In this document: positions 31,064 to 40,524 of the stretch, piece after piece
Position numbering within the stretch: the stretch's first letter is position 1
How the letters are laid out: each line of letters opens with the position of its first letter
From: an uncultured cyanobacterium
GTDB taxonomy: Bacteria > Cyanobacteriota > Cyanobacteriia > Phormidesmidales > Phormidesmidaceae
DNA length: 64,000 nucleotides
Direction of reading: 5' to 3'
Assembly (NCBI GenBank): GCA_963793265.1
Contig: CAWBZI010000001.1
Span: 896,001-960,000, forward strand
Position numbers and translations under genes: made by a program
The notes under the pieces: model-generated
The model's database searches: none
Seen by the model: only the letters and a program-made list of their open reading frames with translations
Told to the model about the DNA's origin: nothing

Positions 31064-32947
31064 ATGACGCTTAAGCAATATCAGCTCGCAGAACAGCTAG
31101 AAGCGGCCTTGGGCAATCCCCATCAGCCCGACAGCCTCATGTCCTTTCAGCACACCGCTGAACTAGACGAAGCCGAGCAGTTTCCTCACGACGAAATCGC
31201 CTGGCTCTACAACTGGGGCCTGCAAAACTACTACATCCCCACCGAATGCGGCGGCAAATTCACCTCCTTTGAAGAGTTCGTCGCCTTTGTCCGCGTCCTC
31301 GCCCGCCGCGACCTCAACATCTCCATCGCCTTTACCACGCTGTTCTGGTCATTCCTCACCTGGATGGCAGGTACCGACGAGCAAAAAGAAAAGCTCTCAA
31401 GCCTGATGCGCGAAGACCACACGGCCATGTGTTTGGCCTATTCGGAGCGCGAACACGGCAGCGACTTAGTAGGCGGCGGTGTAACAGCAACTAAAGTTGA
31501 CGGCGGCTACTTACTCAACGGCGAAAAGTGGCCCATCAACCGCGCCACCATTTCAGGCGTTACCTTCGTGCTCGCGCGCACCGATCCCAAAGGCGGCAAT
31601 CGCGGCCTTTCCTTATTCATGGTGGAGAAGAAGGATCTCAACCCCAGCCAGGTTTACAATCTGCCAAAAATTAAAACCCACGGCATCAAAGCAGCAGACA
31701 TGAGCGGCATCGGCTTTAGCGACTGCTTTGTGCCTGAGAGTATGCTGCTTGGTAAAGAAGGGCATGGCCTAGAGCTAGGGCTTAAGGGATTCCAAATTAC
31801 ACGGGCGCTTTGCGCGGCCTTCTCTCAAGGCGCAGCGGATACCTGCTTGCGTACCACGCTTAACTTCGCTGTGAACCGCAGGCTCTACGACAAAACCGTC
31901 ATCGACATGCCCCACGCGCGGCGCACTCTGTCGAATGCCTTCTTAGATATTCTCATTTGCGATTGCGTCAATATTGGCGCGGCTAGAGGCTTTCACGTCG
32001 CCACCAATCAGTTCAGCGTGTGGTCAGCCGTAGACAAATACTTTGTGCCCGTGACCTTAGAAAAGGTCATGAAAGACACCTCTGTTGTGTTGGGCTCGCG
32101 CTTTTATATGCGAGACGAGCACGACTCGGGCGTCTTTCAAAAGGCACTGCGAGATAGCGCCATCATCAGCATGTTTGACGGCAGTTCGGTAGTGAACTTA
32201 CACGCGCTGATTTTGCAGCGACGACAGCTTGCCAAAGCACGGGTGAAGATTCGCGATAAGCCGAAGAAGCTAGCGGCGATGAAGGCGCGTTTGGCACAAA
32301 GCTTTTCACTCGACAAAGACGTACCTACGTTTGAGCCGAACAAGCTGGAGCTAATTAGCCGGGGCGCTGACGATGTGATGCAGGGCTTAGAGTTTGCGCT
32401 TGAAAAGCTTGCGGAGCTTGAATCCTCGAACGATTCGACGGTTGATAAAGCCGTGCTTTCCCAAGTGCTGGAACTCGGCCAGGTCATTCTCGAAGAGCTG
32501 GATGCTCAGGACGAATTGATTGCGCGATCGGCCTTTGAGCATGGTCACGATCAGTCGTTTGAAAGCTTTGAGCTAGCGAAGCAGTACTGCTATTTGCACG
32601 CTGCGATCGCCGCCATCCTCATGTGGGTTCACAACCGGCAACTCCCCGAACTTGGCGACTTTTTCGCCAAAGGCGAGTGGCTTGTTCTTAGCCTACACCG
32701 GCTGCTCTCTCACTTCCGCCTGTCGCTAACCCCGCCCCCAGCGGCCTACCACGAAAACGTAGCCCAGCACCTTTTGCAGCTACACCAGACGGATCGCATG
32801 TTTTCCATCGTTCCTTTTCAGCTTGCACAGCCAAACCCAGCTCAAGCCGCTGAAAGAACTGCTCCGAATACCGCAACAGCTAACCCCACCCCACAGGAGA
32901 CTCCCACCCATGCAGCAACTACAAAGCAAGAACTTCAGCTCCACTAG
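31064..32947 (+). CDS. Acyl-CoA/acyl-ACP dehydrogenase with long C-terminal extension
   Basis: AYSEREHGSD, LNGEKWPIN, F.DCFVP, R.LY, MFDGSS. Confidence 0.88.
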   Translation: MTLKQYQLAEQLEAALGNPHQPDSLMSFQHTAELDEAEQFPHDEIAWLYNWGLQNYYIPTECGGKFTSFEEFVAFVRVLARRDLNISIAFTTLFWSFLTWMAGTDEQKEKLSSLMREDHTAMCLAYSEREHGSDLVGGGVTATKVDGGYLLNGEKWPINRATISGVTFVLARTDPKGGNRGLSLFMVEKKDLNPSQVYNLPKIKTHGIKAADMSGIGFSDCFVPESMLLGKEGHGLELGLKGFQITRALCAAFSQGAADTCLRTTLNFAVNRRLYDKTVIDMPHARRTLSNAFLDILICDCVNIGAARGFHVATNQFSVWSAVDKYFVPVTLEKVMKDTSVVLGSRFYMRDEHDSGVFQKALRDSAIISMFDGSSVVNLHALILQRRQLAKARVKIRDKPKKLAAMKARLAQSFSLDKDVPTFEPNKLELISRGADDVMQGLEFALEKLAELESSNDSTVDKAVLSQVLELGQVILEELDAQDELIARSAFEHGHDQSFESFELAKQYCYLHAAIAAILMWVHNRQLPELGDFFAKGEWLVLSLHRLLSHFRLSLTPPPAAYHENVAQHLLQLHQTDRMFSIVPFQLAQPNPAQAAERTAPNTATANPTPQETPTHAATTKQELQLH

Positions 32948-33218
32948 CGTCGCAACACCCGTCAAAGCCTCTCCAGTTGAAGCGATTCAAGCTTGGCTAG
33001 TAGAGCAAATTGCTGATGTTTTGTCGATTGACCCTGGCACCATCGAAGTTGCCCAGCCGCTCACTCGCTACGGTTTAGATTCTATTGATGCTGTCACCTT
33101 GGTAGGCGACTTAGAAGACTGGCTTGACCTTGAGCTGCCCTCTACTTTGCTATGGGACTATCCCAGCATTGAAAAGGCATCGGCATTCATGGTGGAAGAG
33201 TACGACGTGAGCCTTTAA
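32910..33218 (+). CDS. Acyl carrier protein
   Basis: YGLDSID phosphopantetheinylation site, L.STLLWDYPSI; ATG 32910 with CAGGAG SD inside the 3' end of the dehydrogenase. Confidence 0.92.
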   Translation: MQQLQSKNFSSTSVATPVKASPVEAIQAWLVEQIADVLSIDPGTIEVAQPLTRYGLDSIDAVTLVGDLEDWLDLELPSTLLWDYPSIEKASAFMVEEYDVSL

Positions 33219-33301
33219 ATAGGTCTGTAAAGACTGTCGTAGGGCTCAGTTAACGCGGGCACTTTGCCCATAGTCGCTAATTTTGATTAGAAGCAAAGAC
33301 A

Positions 33302-34774
33302 TTGAACTTCTCTGAGTTTTCGTTTTGGTGGGTGCTCGCGCTCACCAGCATTCCTTTTTTCACGGTGCGCTACGTCGGCAAGGTTTTTGACCGATGGAGC
33401 GATCGCGCTGACACCATCGGCCTTGCCGCCCTCTCCCTGCTCCTCTTCCTCAACGCGAGCAGCACCAGCTTTGCAGTCTTCTTATTTGAGATTCTGTTTA
33501 ACTACTTCATGGTCAGCCTCATGCTGCGCCGCGAAGGGAAACAGGCAAAGCTCATCGCTGCGGCCATCATCATATTTGATGTCGCCGTCCTCGCCTACTT
33601 CAAATACCTCACCTTCTTCATAGAAGACTTTGTTGGTCTTGCCACCACCGTGCCGAACAATTGGGAATCAACGTTTCCCCTGCCTGTCTTCGGCAACATC
33701 CCCCCCGGCGTTTCGTTCTACACCTTTCAAATGGTAGCTTTTGTCGTCGATTCGTACACGGCCCGCCGTAAAAAGCCAATCAAGCTACTCGACTACATCA
33801 ACTTCGTCTCGTTCTTTCCTCAGATTGTGGCAGGCCCGATTGAGCGTCGCAGCAAGCTACTGCCTCAGATCCAGAACTTCAAGTTCAAGTTCACTGCTGA
33901 CAACTTCGATATCGGAATGCGCTGGCTATCGCTGGGCCTGTTCATGAAGTTTGTACTGGGCGATAACATCGCGCCCTACGTTAGCGCTAATAGCGCAGGC
34001 ATGGCGGAAGCTGCAAATCCCTGGCTAGTCTGGTTTTACGCCTTTTTATTCACGCTGCGGATCTACTTCGACTTTGGTGGTTATAGCTTCATGGCCGTTG
34101 GCATTGCCCGCATCCTCGGCGTCAAGCTCACGCTTAACTTTCTCTCGCCCTACACCTCTCAAAGCATTAATGAATTTTGGCGACGGTGGCACGTTTCGCT
34201 CAGCACATGGTTTCGTGACTATGTATTTTTGCCGCTGATGGGCAAGCGTAAAAAATGGGCGGCGTTTTTCCTATTCATTACCTTTGTGCTGTCGGGCTTT
34301 TGGCACGGTGCCGCCTGGAACTTTATGATTTGGGGCGCTTATCACGGCGGGTTGCTGCTGCTGCTGCGCTATGCCGGGCGACCGTTTTCTAAGGTGACGA
34401 GCAAGTTCATCAAGAAACCGCAGATCGTCTCTTGGGCGCTGACGTTCGGAGCGGTAATTTTAGGCTGCTTGTTCTTTATGGACACGAACATCACGCGGCT
34501 GATAGCTAAGCTACAAACGCTAGTCACGCCCTGGGCCTATTCGCCCGCTAATTTCATAGAGGCGATTAGTACGTTTAATACCCCTGAAGGTTTGGTGCTG
34601 AAGATGGCGCTGGTGTTAGCGATCGCATTCCTCGCCATAGAGCACATCGAAGTGTGGCAAAAGCGCACCGAATACGAAATTCTCACCTCTCCCTGGCTCT
34701 CACGCATTCTGCTAGGCATGACCATTGTGTTGGCTGCCCAAGCCCAGTCCGAATTTATCTACTTCGAGTTCTAG
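33302..34774 (+). CDS. MBOAT O-acyltransferase (AlgI/DltB family)
   Basis: PPGVSFYTFQ, FFPQIVAGPI, FWRRWHVSL, GFWHGA; C-terminal EFIYFEF; TTG start. Confidence 0.93.
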   Translation: MNFSEFSFWWVLALTSIPFFTVRYVGKVFDRWSDRADTIGLAALSLLLFLNASSTSFAVFLFEILFNYFMVSLMLRREGKQAKLIAAAIIIFDVAVLAYFKYLTFFIEDFVGLATTVPNNWESTFPLPVFGNIPPGVSFYTFQMVAFVVDSYTARRKKPIKLLDYINFVSFFPQIVAGPIERRSKLLPQIQNFKFKFTADNFDIGMRWLSLGLFMKFVLGDNIAPYVSANSAGMAEAANPWLVWFYAFLFTLRIYFDFGGYSFMAVGIARILGVKLTLNFLSPYTSQSINEFWRRWHVSLSTWFRDYVFLPLMGKRKKWAAFFLFITFVLSGFWHGAAWNFMIWGAYHGGLLLLLRYAGRPFSKVTSKFIKKPQIVSWALTFGAVILGCLFFMDTNITRLIAKLQTLVTPWAYSPANFIEAISTFNTPEGLVLKMALVLAIAFLAIEHIEVWQKRTEYEILTSPWLSRILLGMTIVLAAQAQSEFIYFEF

Positions 34775-34787
34775 GAAAATCACTGCC

Positions 34788-35726
34788 ATGAAACTACCAA
34801 AACTCGCAAGCTGGATTGCGATCGCTGGACTCACCTGGAGCGCAGGATTTATCTACAACACGCGCTTAGGCGGCGATCCGCACTGGCTCGGTCAGCTCTA
34901 TAAAAACAAAATGGCGATCGCTGCCGACATCCCGGAACCCAAACTCATCATCACAGGCGGCTCCGGCGCTCACTACACCGTCAATTCCGATCTGCTAGCT
35001 GGCGAACTCGATATGCCTGTCGTCAACTTAGGGCTAGATGGGCCAATCGGGCTAGACGTGATTTTGCCGAGCGTTTTAGATGCCGTAGAACCGGGTGACA
35101 CTGTGCTACTGGTACCTGAATACCTAATTTTGTCTCCAATTAAGGATCTTAGAGATGGCTTAGGCGAAAAGTCAGCCTGGTTTGGCTTTGTTACTGACCA
35201 GGCAGGCGCTGGCGATCTTTCAGCTAAGCAGGTGGCCCTGGGCGTTTTTCAGCTAGGCATTCCCTCATTAAAAATAACCATAAAAGCCGCCGCCGACCTG
35301 CTCGAAGAAGGCCGCTTTGCAGGCTACTACGATGGCCCACTTACCGAACGCGGCGATCCTATCGAAACGAAGCTACGCACCGGGGAATGGTGGCCGTTAA
35401 AGATCGAAGCGCCTATCTCGGCTCATGCTGCCGAACGTATCGATCAGTTCAAATCAGAAGTCGAAGCCAGAGGCGGCGAACTTATTTTGTCGGTACCTTG
35501 GATATATGGCGATACTACCGACCCAGAAACCATAGAAAATATCCAAAAAACGGCGGATGCCCTCAGCGAGATTGCGCCTGTGCTGGTCGATAGCGAAACG
35601 CTAAATGTTCAGGCTGAGCCAACATTGTTTGCCGATACTCACTACCATTTAATTCCTGAAGGGAGAGAAGCGCGATCGCAACAGCTCGCCCTTCAGCTAA
35701 AACCGCTTCTATCCAATCCAAAATGA
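34788..35726 (+). CDS. Membrane-anchored SGNH-like protein (DltD/AlgJ analogue)
   Basis: N-terminal TM; IITGGSG (block I Ser), NLGLDG (block II), DTHYH (DxxH). Confidence 0.7.
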   Translation: MKLPKLASWIAIAGLTWSAGFIYNTRLGGDPHWLGQLYKNKMAIAADIPEPKLIITGGSGAHYTVNSDLLAGELDMPVVNLGLDGPIGLDVILPSVLDAVEPGDTVLLVPEYLILSPIKDLRDGLGEKSAWFGFVTDQAGAGDLSAKQVALGVFQLGIPSLKITIKAAADLLEEGRFAGYYDGPLTERGDPIETKLRTGEWWPLKIEAPISAHAAERIDQFKSEVEARGGELILSVPWIYGDTTDPETIENIQKTADALSEIAPVLVDSETLNVQAEPTLFADTHYHLIPEGREARSQQLALQLKPLLSNPK

Positions 35727-36970
35727 CCCCCTCAGCGCCCGCTACCAATCCCCATATCTGCATCGTAGGCGGCGGCTTCGGCGGTCTATACACCGCGCTA
35801 TATCTACAAAAATATCGTCACCTTAAAAGCAGCCGCATTACGCTGATCGAGCCAAAAGAACGATTTTTATTTACGCCGATGATGTACGAACTCATCACCG
35901 ACGAGCTTAAAGAGTGGGAAATTGCACCGACCTACAGCAGCTTAGTAGCAGGCACGAATATCATCTGGAAGCAGACTCGCGCAGAGGCCGTAGATTTGCA
36001 GCAGCATACTGTTACTGTCGCTGGCGGCGATCACATTCAATATGACTACCTGGTCGTCGCTCGCGGGGCTGATAGTCGCCCGGTCAATATCCCCGGCGTC
36101 AATGATCACACGCTAACGTTTCGGTCGCTACAAGATGCGCTCAATCTGAAGGCTAGACTCGCCCAGCTTGTTCAAATCCAGGCGCTTCAAACCAACATTC
36201 AACCGATCAATATCAACATTATCGGCGGTGGGCCTAGCGGTGTGGAGCTAGCCGGTAAAGTCTCCGACTACTTAGGCGACCGCCCTCACCAAACCACGCT
36301 TATAGAAAGGGGCGATAAAATTCTGGCACCTTTTGAATCCAGGCTGAGGCGGATTGGCGAAAAAGCGCTGAAACGTCGGCGCGTTAATGTTCTCACTGAA
36401 GCGTCGGTGTCGGAAGTGCGATCAGATTCAGTCACCGTGGAAAAGGATGGCGTTAGCGTATTGCCTAGCCACCTGACGCTGTGGGCTGTGGGCACTCAGC
36501 CTAAGCCCTGGCTGGGCGATCGCCTCCTCGAAGAGAATAAAAAAGGGCAAAGGCTCACGAGGCGATCGCTCCAACTCCCCAACCACGACAACGTATTTGT
36601 TCTGGGTGATAGTGCAGACGTGCGCGATCGCAAAAACAAGCCCGCCCCCGACACCGCCCAAGCCGCCTTCCAAGCCGCCAGCAAAGTTGCCGCCAACATC
36701 GCTGCTCTTACCAAAGGCAAACAAACCAAACCCTTCAACTACCTGCATCTAGGCGACATGCTCACCCTCGGCATCAACGACGCGGGCCTGTGGAGTTTTG
36801 GCATCGCCCTCAGCGGCCCTATCGCTGCCCTCTCTCGTCGGGGCGTCTACATTTTCCGAATGCCCACTCGCCGCCACCAAGTTAAAGTTGCGCGACGCGC
36901 GTTGGGCGAACTATGCAGAGCTATTTTCTTACCCTGGAAAAGGCGGCGCGAGCCTAGCTATGAAAGCTAA
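35723..36970 (+). CDS. Type II NAD(P)H:quinone oxidoreductase, NdbB/NDC1-like
   Basis: GGGFGGLY, RFLF.P..YEL.T.E..WEIAP, GGGPSGVELA, TAQAAFQ; ATGA overlap with the upstream gene. Confidence 0.85.
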   Translation: MTPSAPATNPHICIVGGGFGGLYTALYLQKYRHLKSSRITLIEPKERFLFTPMMYELITDELKEWEIAPTYSSLVAGTNIIWKQTRAEAVDLQQHTVTVAGGDHIQYDYLVVARGADSRPVNIPGVNDHTLTFRSLQDALNLKARLAQLVQIQALQTNIQPININIIGGGPSGVELAGKVSDYLGDRPHQTTLIERGDKILAPFESRLRRIGEKALKRRRVNVLTEASVSEVRSDSVTVEKDGVSVLPSHLTLWAVGTQPKPWLGDRLLEENKKGQRLTRRSLQLPNHDNVFVLGDSADVRDRKNKPAPDTAQAAFQAASKVAANIAALTKGKQTKPFNYLHLGDMLTLGINDAGLWSFGIALSGPIAALSRRGVYIFRMPTRRHQVKVARRALGELCRAIFLPWKRRREPSYES

Positions 36971-37007
36971 TCGCCTCATATATTTCTAAATTCTTAAATC
37001 AGCAGCT

Positions 37008-38927
37008 ATGACTTCTCTTCAGTCAAAAAAACAGAGCAAATGGAGCGCCTTTCATCGGTATCTAGAGCACTATAGCTTGGATGTGCGATCGCTAGCCCTC
37101 CTCAGAATTGGCCTGGCCCTCACTATCCTTGCCGACCTCTTCACCCGCGCAGGCGATCTCGTCGCCCACTACACAGACGCAGGCGTCCTACCCACAGCCG
37201 TACTCAATGACGGCATTTTACAGCCCGGCTACTGGTCAATCCATGCGCTCAGCGGTCAGCCGGTGGTGCAAGGCATTCTTTTTTTCGTGGCAGCGATTAG
37301 TGCGATCGCCATGCTATTTGGCTACCACAGCCGCATCGCCACCATCGCCTCCTGGGTTTTGCTGATCTCAATGCAAAACCGCAATCCGCTGCTACTATTT
37401 GCAGCCGATGACGTACTGCGAGCGGTCATGTTCTGGGCCATGTTTTTGCCCTTAGGCGCAGCCTACTCGGTTGATCGCGCCATGAACACCGCCATCCGCC
37501 CCGTCCCGCTGCGAATTCTATCAGGTGCCACGCTCGCCCTCATGGCTCAGCAGTGCTTCATCTACATTTTCTCCGCCATTTTCAAAACCACCAACGCCGC
37601 CTGGTGGCCCAATGGCACTGCCGTCTACTTTTCGCTCAGCTACGATCAGTACGTCACGCCGCTAGGCCACTTCCTTCTAAATCTAGGGCCGCTGCTCACG
37701 ATATTTACCTTCGTTACGCTAGTGCTCGAATGGATCGGGCCGCTGTTGATTTGGTCGCCCGTTCGCAACGATCTGTGCCGGATGATCGCAGTTGTCCTAT
37801 TCATTAGTCTTCACGCAGGCTTTGGCCTCACGCTGAACTTAGGCATCTTTCCGTTTCTGAGCATCATTACCTGGCTGGCGTTTATTCCCACCTCTACATG
37901 GGAGGCTTTGAGCAAGCGCGTTTATGGGCCTAACAAAGAAGGAAAAGGACGCGGCCCACAGCGCACGGGATTAAGAATCTTCTACGATGCCGACTGCGGA
38001 TTTTGCAAAAAGGTTGTGCATCTCATTCGGATGCTGTTAGTGCTGCCACATACGCCTTTAGCCACTGCGCAAAGCATTCCAGAAATCAACGAGGCTATGG
38101 AGAAGCAAAACTCTTGGGTGATTGTCGATTGGCAAGGGCGGCATCATTACAAGTTTGAGGGTATTGCCTATGTGGTTAGCCTGTCGCCAGTTTTTTGGTT
38201 TCTTGCACCTGTGCTGCGATCGCCCCCACTCATGGCCATCGGCACCCCTTTCTACGAATGGATCGCCACCCATCGCAAAATCGCAGGCCGCTTCACCCGC
38301 CCCTTCAAATTCAAGCCACTCACCGTCAAAAATCCTGGTTGGTTAAGCGCTATTGCCCTACTCCTCCTCGCGCTCACCTTTTCCTGGAACCTACGCAGCG
38401 TCGTCATGCACCGAGCCTTCGTCGAAAGCTCTCAGCCAACAGCAGCGCTAGTGCGCAGGGTCGTTAATAGCCGCACAGCTCAGCGGTTCGACTGGATCGG
38501 CAACGCTACCAGACTAGATCAATCCTGGAGCATCTTTGCACCAGGGCCACCGACTGATGATGGTTGGCACGTGGTTACCGGAGAGCCGCTGACGGCTTTG
38601 GCGACGGCTTCAGCGACTGAAGAAGCCACCGAAATTGATGTGCTTAGGCCGCAAGAGAGCATTAGTTTTGAGAAGCCGACTTTAGGCGATCGCGCCAAAT
38701 TCTACAAAAACATGCAGTGGCGCACCTTCTACATCAACCTCAACCGTAATATCGGCAAAAAGGTCTTCCCCAACTACGGCGAGTATCTATGCCAGCAAAG
38801 CGCCAGCAAAGGACATCCTTTAGAAAATCTGCGCGTCTACTTCATGGACGAAAGAACTGTAGATCCTGGCCTTACTCAGCCTGTAGAACAAACCTTAATC
38901 TGGGAGCAATCTTGCCAAAACCTTTAG
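37008..38927 (+). CDS. HTTM-domain membrane protein with inserted DCC1-like thiol-disulfide domain
   Basis: DVRSLALLRIGL, QNRNP, LPLGAAYSVD, W..GTAVY, LHAG; FYDADCGFC; DQSWSIFAP. Confidence 0.82.
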   Translation: MTSLQSKKQSKWSAFHRYLEHYSLDVRSLALLRIGLALTILADLFTRAGDLVAHYTDAGVLPTAVLNDGILQPGYWSIHALSGQPVVQGILFFVAAISAIAMLFGYHSRIATIASWVLLISMQNRNPLLLFAADDVLRAVMFWAMFLPLGAAYSVDRAMNTAIRPVPLRILSGATLALMAQQCFIYIFSAIFKTTNAAWWPNGTAVYFSLSYDQYVTPLGHFLLNLGPLLTIFTFVTLVLEWIGPLLIWSPVRNDLCRMIAVVLFISLHAGFGLTLNLGIFPFLSIITWLAFIPTSTWEALSKRVYGPNKEGKGRGPQRTGLRIFYDADCGFCKKVVHLIRMLLVLPHTPLATAQSIPEINEAMEKQNSWVIVDWQGRHHYKFEGIAYVVSLSPVFWFLAPVLRSPPLMAIGTPFYEWIATHRKIAGRFTRPFKFKPLTVKNPGWLSAIALLLLALTFSWNLRSVVMHRAFVESSQPTAALVRRVVNSRTAQRFDWIGNATRLDQSWSIFAPGPPTDDGWHVVTGEPLTALATASATEEATEIDVLRPQESISFEKPTLGDRAKFYKNMQWRTFYINLNRNIGKKVFPNYGEYLCQQSASKGHPLENLRVYFMDERTVDPGLTQPVEQTLIWEQSCQNL

Positions 38928-39044
38928 CAAAAACTTAACGATAAACCGCCGCCAAACATCAGCATATTTTGCAAGCCCCGCGTAAGATAGAGTACTTATC
39001 CAACTGTTTTGGTCTGACCTTTAGTTGGCAGCTTACGTCAAGCA

Positions 39045-40424
39045 ATGACAAACTTCTCGCAGCGCTTTGTGCTGTTCAACAAACTTCGGCAGTGGTTCAC
39101 CAAAACGCCCGAACGAGCACTCGATCAAGCCTACGAAGCAGCCCTTAAAATTCGCCAGCTCGAAGACAGGCACTTTAACGGCAATCCCGTCTCCGAAAGC
39201 GCGAGCGGCTATAGTCGCAGCTCTTATCAACTGCTGCAAAAAGACCTTAAAAAATATCTCAGCATTATCAAAAGACGGATGGCCGAGTTTAGAGCCAGCA
39301 GCTCCGTCTATTCGGTTTCTAGCGTTAGTGTTAGCGATGGGCTTAGTAGCGATCGCCTCTCCCCCACCGCAGGCTCTATCAACGCCCCGCTTCCCGAAGA
39401 TGTCCCACTCAACGAAATCAACGGCCCGGCCATATTCTTTACTAAGCTCCAACTTATTGATGCCGTTTTAGAGCGCTACCAAAAGCCCTCCGTCTATGCC
39501 CTTAGTGAAATCCAACCGCCGCTCCCACCTGCTGGTTTAACTAACCCTTCCAACGGTAAGGCGAATGGCAAGACGAACAAAGTTGCCACTAACGACTTTT
39601 CTCAAGACAACGCCAACGAAGCACTCTCTAGCAAAAGCAATGTCCTCCCGCGTTCAATCCTGCGCACCGTAGATCGCATTAAGCAAGACCTTGATCCTGA
39701 AGCAGAAGTCGATGTCGTCCGTAGCTTTCGCAACTCCAAAACACAGACGACCGTTGCAATCACCTTCGTTTTGCAGCTCATCATCATTCCTTTGCTCGCC
39801 CAATATCTCAGCAAAAACTTCATCGTCGGCCCCATCGTAGAGCAGGGCCGCGACCTCACCCAGGCCGAGGTTTTCCTCAACGAGGAGATGGAAGAAGACG
39901 CGCTCCACGAATTGCAACGCTATGAAGAGCGCATTCGATTTGAAGTGCTTATCGGCCAGGCACCAGAGATCAATGAGGTCGAAATTGAAGACCGGGTACG
40001 AAGGAAAGCTTTTGACATAGAAGAAGAGTACCGGCAGCGCAGCGCCGATGCGATTGAAAACGTGTTTGCCGATGTGATCGCGGTTCTCACTTTCTCGCTG
40101 ATCCTCACCAACTACAAAGATAAAGTTGCCACTCTCAAATCCTTTATCGACGAGATCGTCTACGGCCTCAGTGACAGCGCCAAAGCCTTCATCATCATCT
40201 TATTCACCGACATATTCGTTGGCTTTCACTCTCCCCACGGCTGGGAAGTTTTGCTAGAGGGCATGGCTAACCACCTCGGACTCCCAGCTAGTCACGACTT
40301 CATTTTTCTCTTCATCGCCACCTTTCCAGTCATCCTAGATACGGTCTTCAAATACTGGATCTTCCGCTATCTCAACCGCATTTCCCCTTCAGCGGTCGCC
40401 ACCTACAAAAACATGAACGAATAG
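39045..40424 (+). CDS. pxcA: Proton extrusion protein (CemA family)
   Basis: TPERALDQAY, GLSDSAKAFIIILFTDIFVGFHSPHGWE, FPVILDTVFKYWIF. Confidence 0.96.
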   Translation: MTNFSQRFVLFNKLRQWFTKTPERALDQAYEAALKIRQLEDRHFNGNPVSESASGYSRSSYQLLQKDLKKYLSIIKRRMAEFRASSSVYSVSSVSVSDGLSSDRLSPTAGSINAPLPEDVPLNEINGPAIFFTKLQLIDAVLERYQKPSVYALSEIQPPLPPAGLTNPSNGKANGKTNKVATNDFSQDNANEALSSKSNVLPRSILRTVDRIKQDLDPEAEVDVVRSFRNSKTQTTVAITFVLQLIIIPLLAQYLSKNFIVGPIVEQGRDLTQAEVFLNEEMEEDALHELQRYEERIRFEVLIGQAPEINEVEIEDRVRRKAFDIEEEYRQRSADAIENVFADVIAVLTFSLILTNYKDKVATLKSFIDEIVYGLSDSAKAFIIILFTDIFVGFHSPHGWEVLLEGMANHLGLPASHDFIFLFIATFPVILDTVFKYWIFRYLNRISPSAVATYKNMNE

Positions 40425-40524
40425 CGTTTACGGAACTCTCATCGCGAAGAATATGTCTGGTTTTAGCAGGTCTACCCGGCTAAAACCGCTCGGCCTTTTG
40501 CAGATCCATTCGTTCGCCCGCTAA

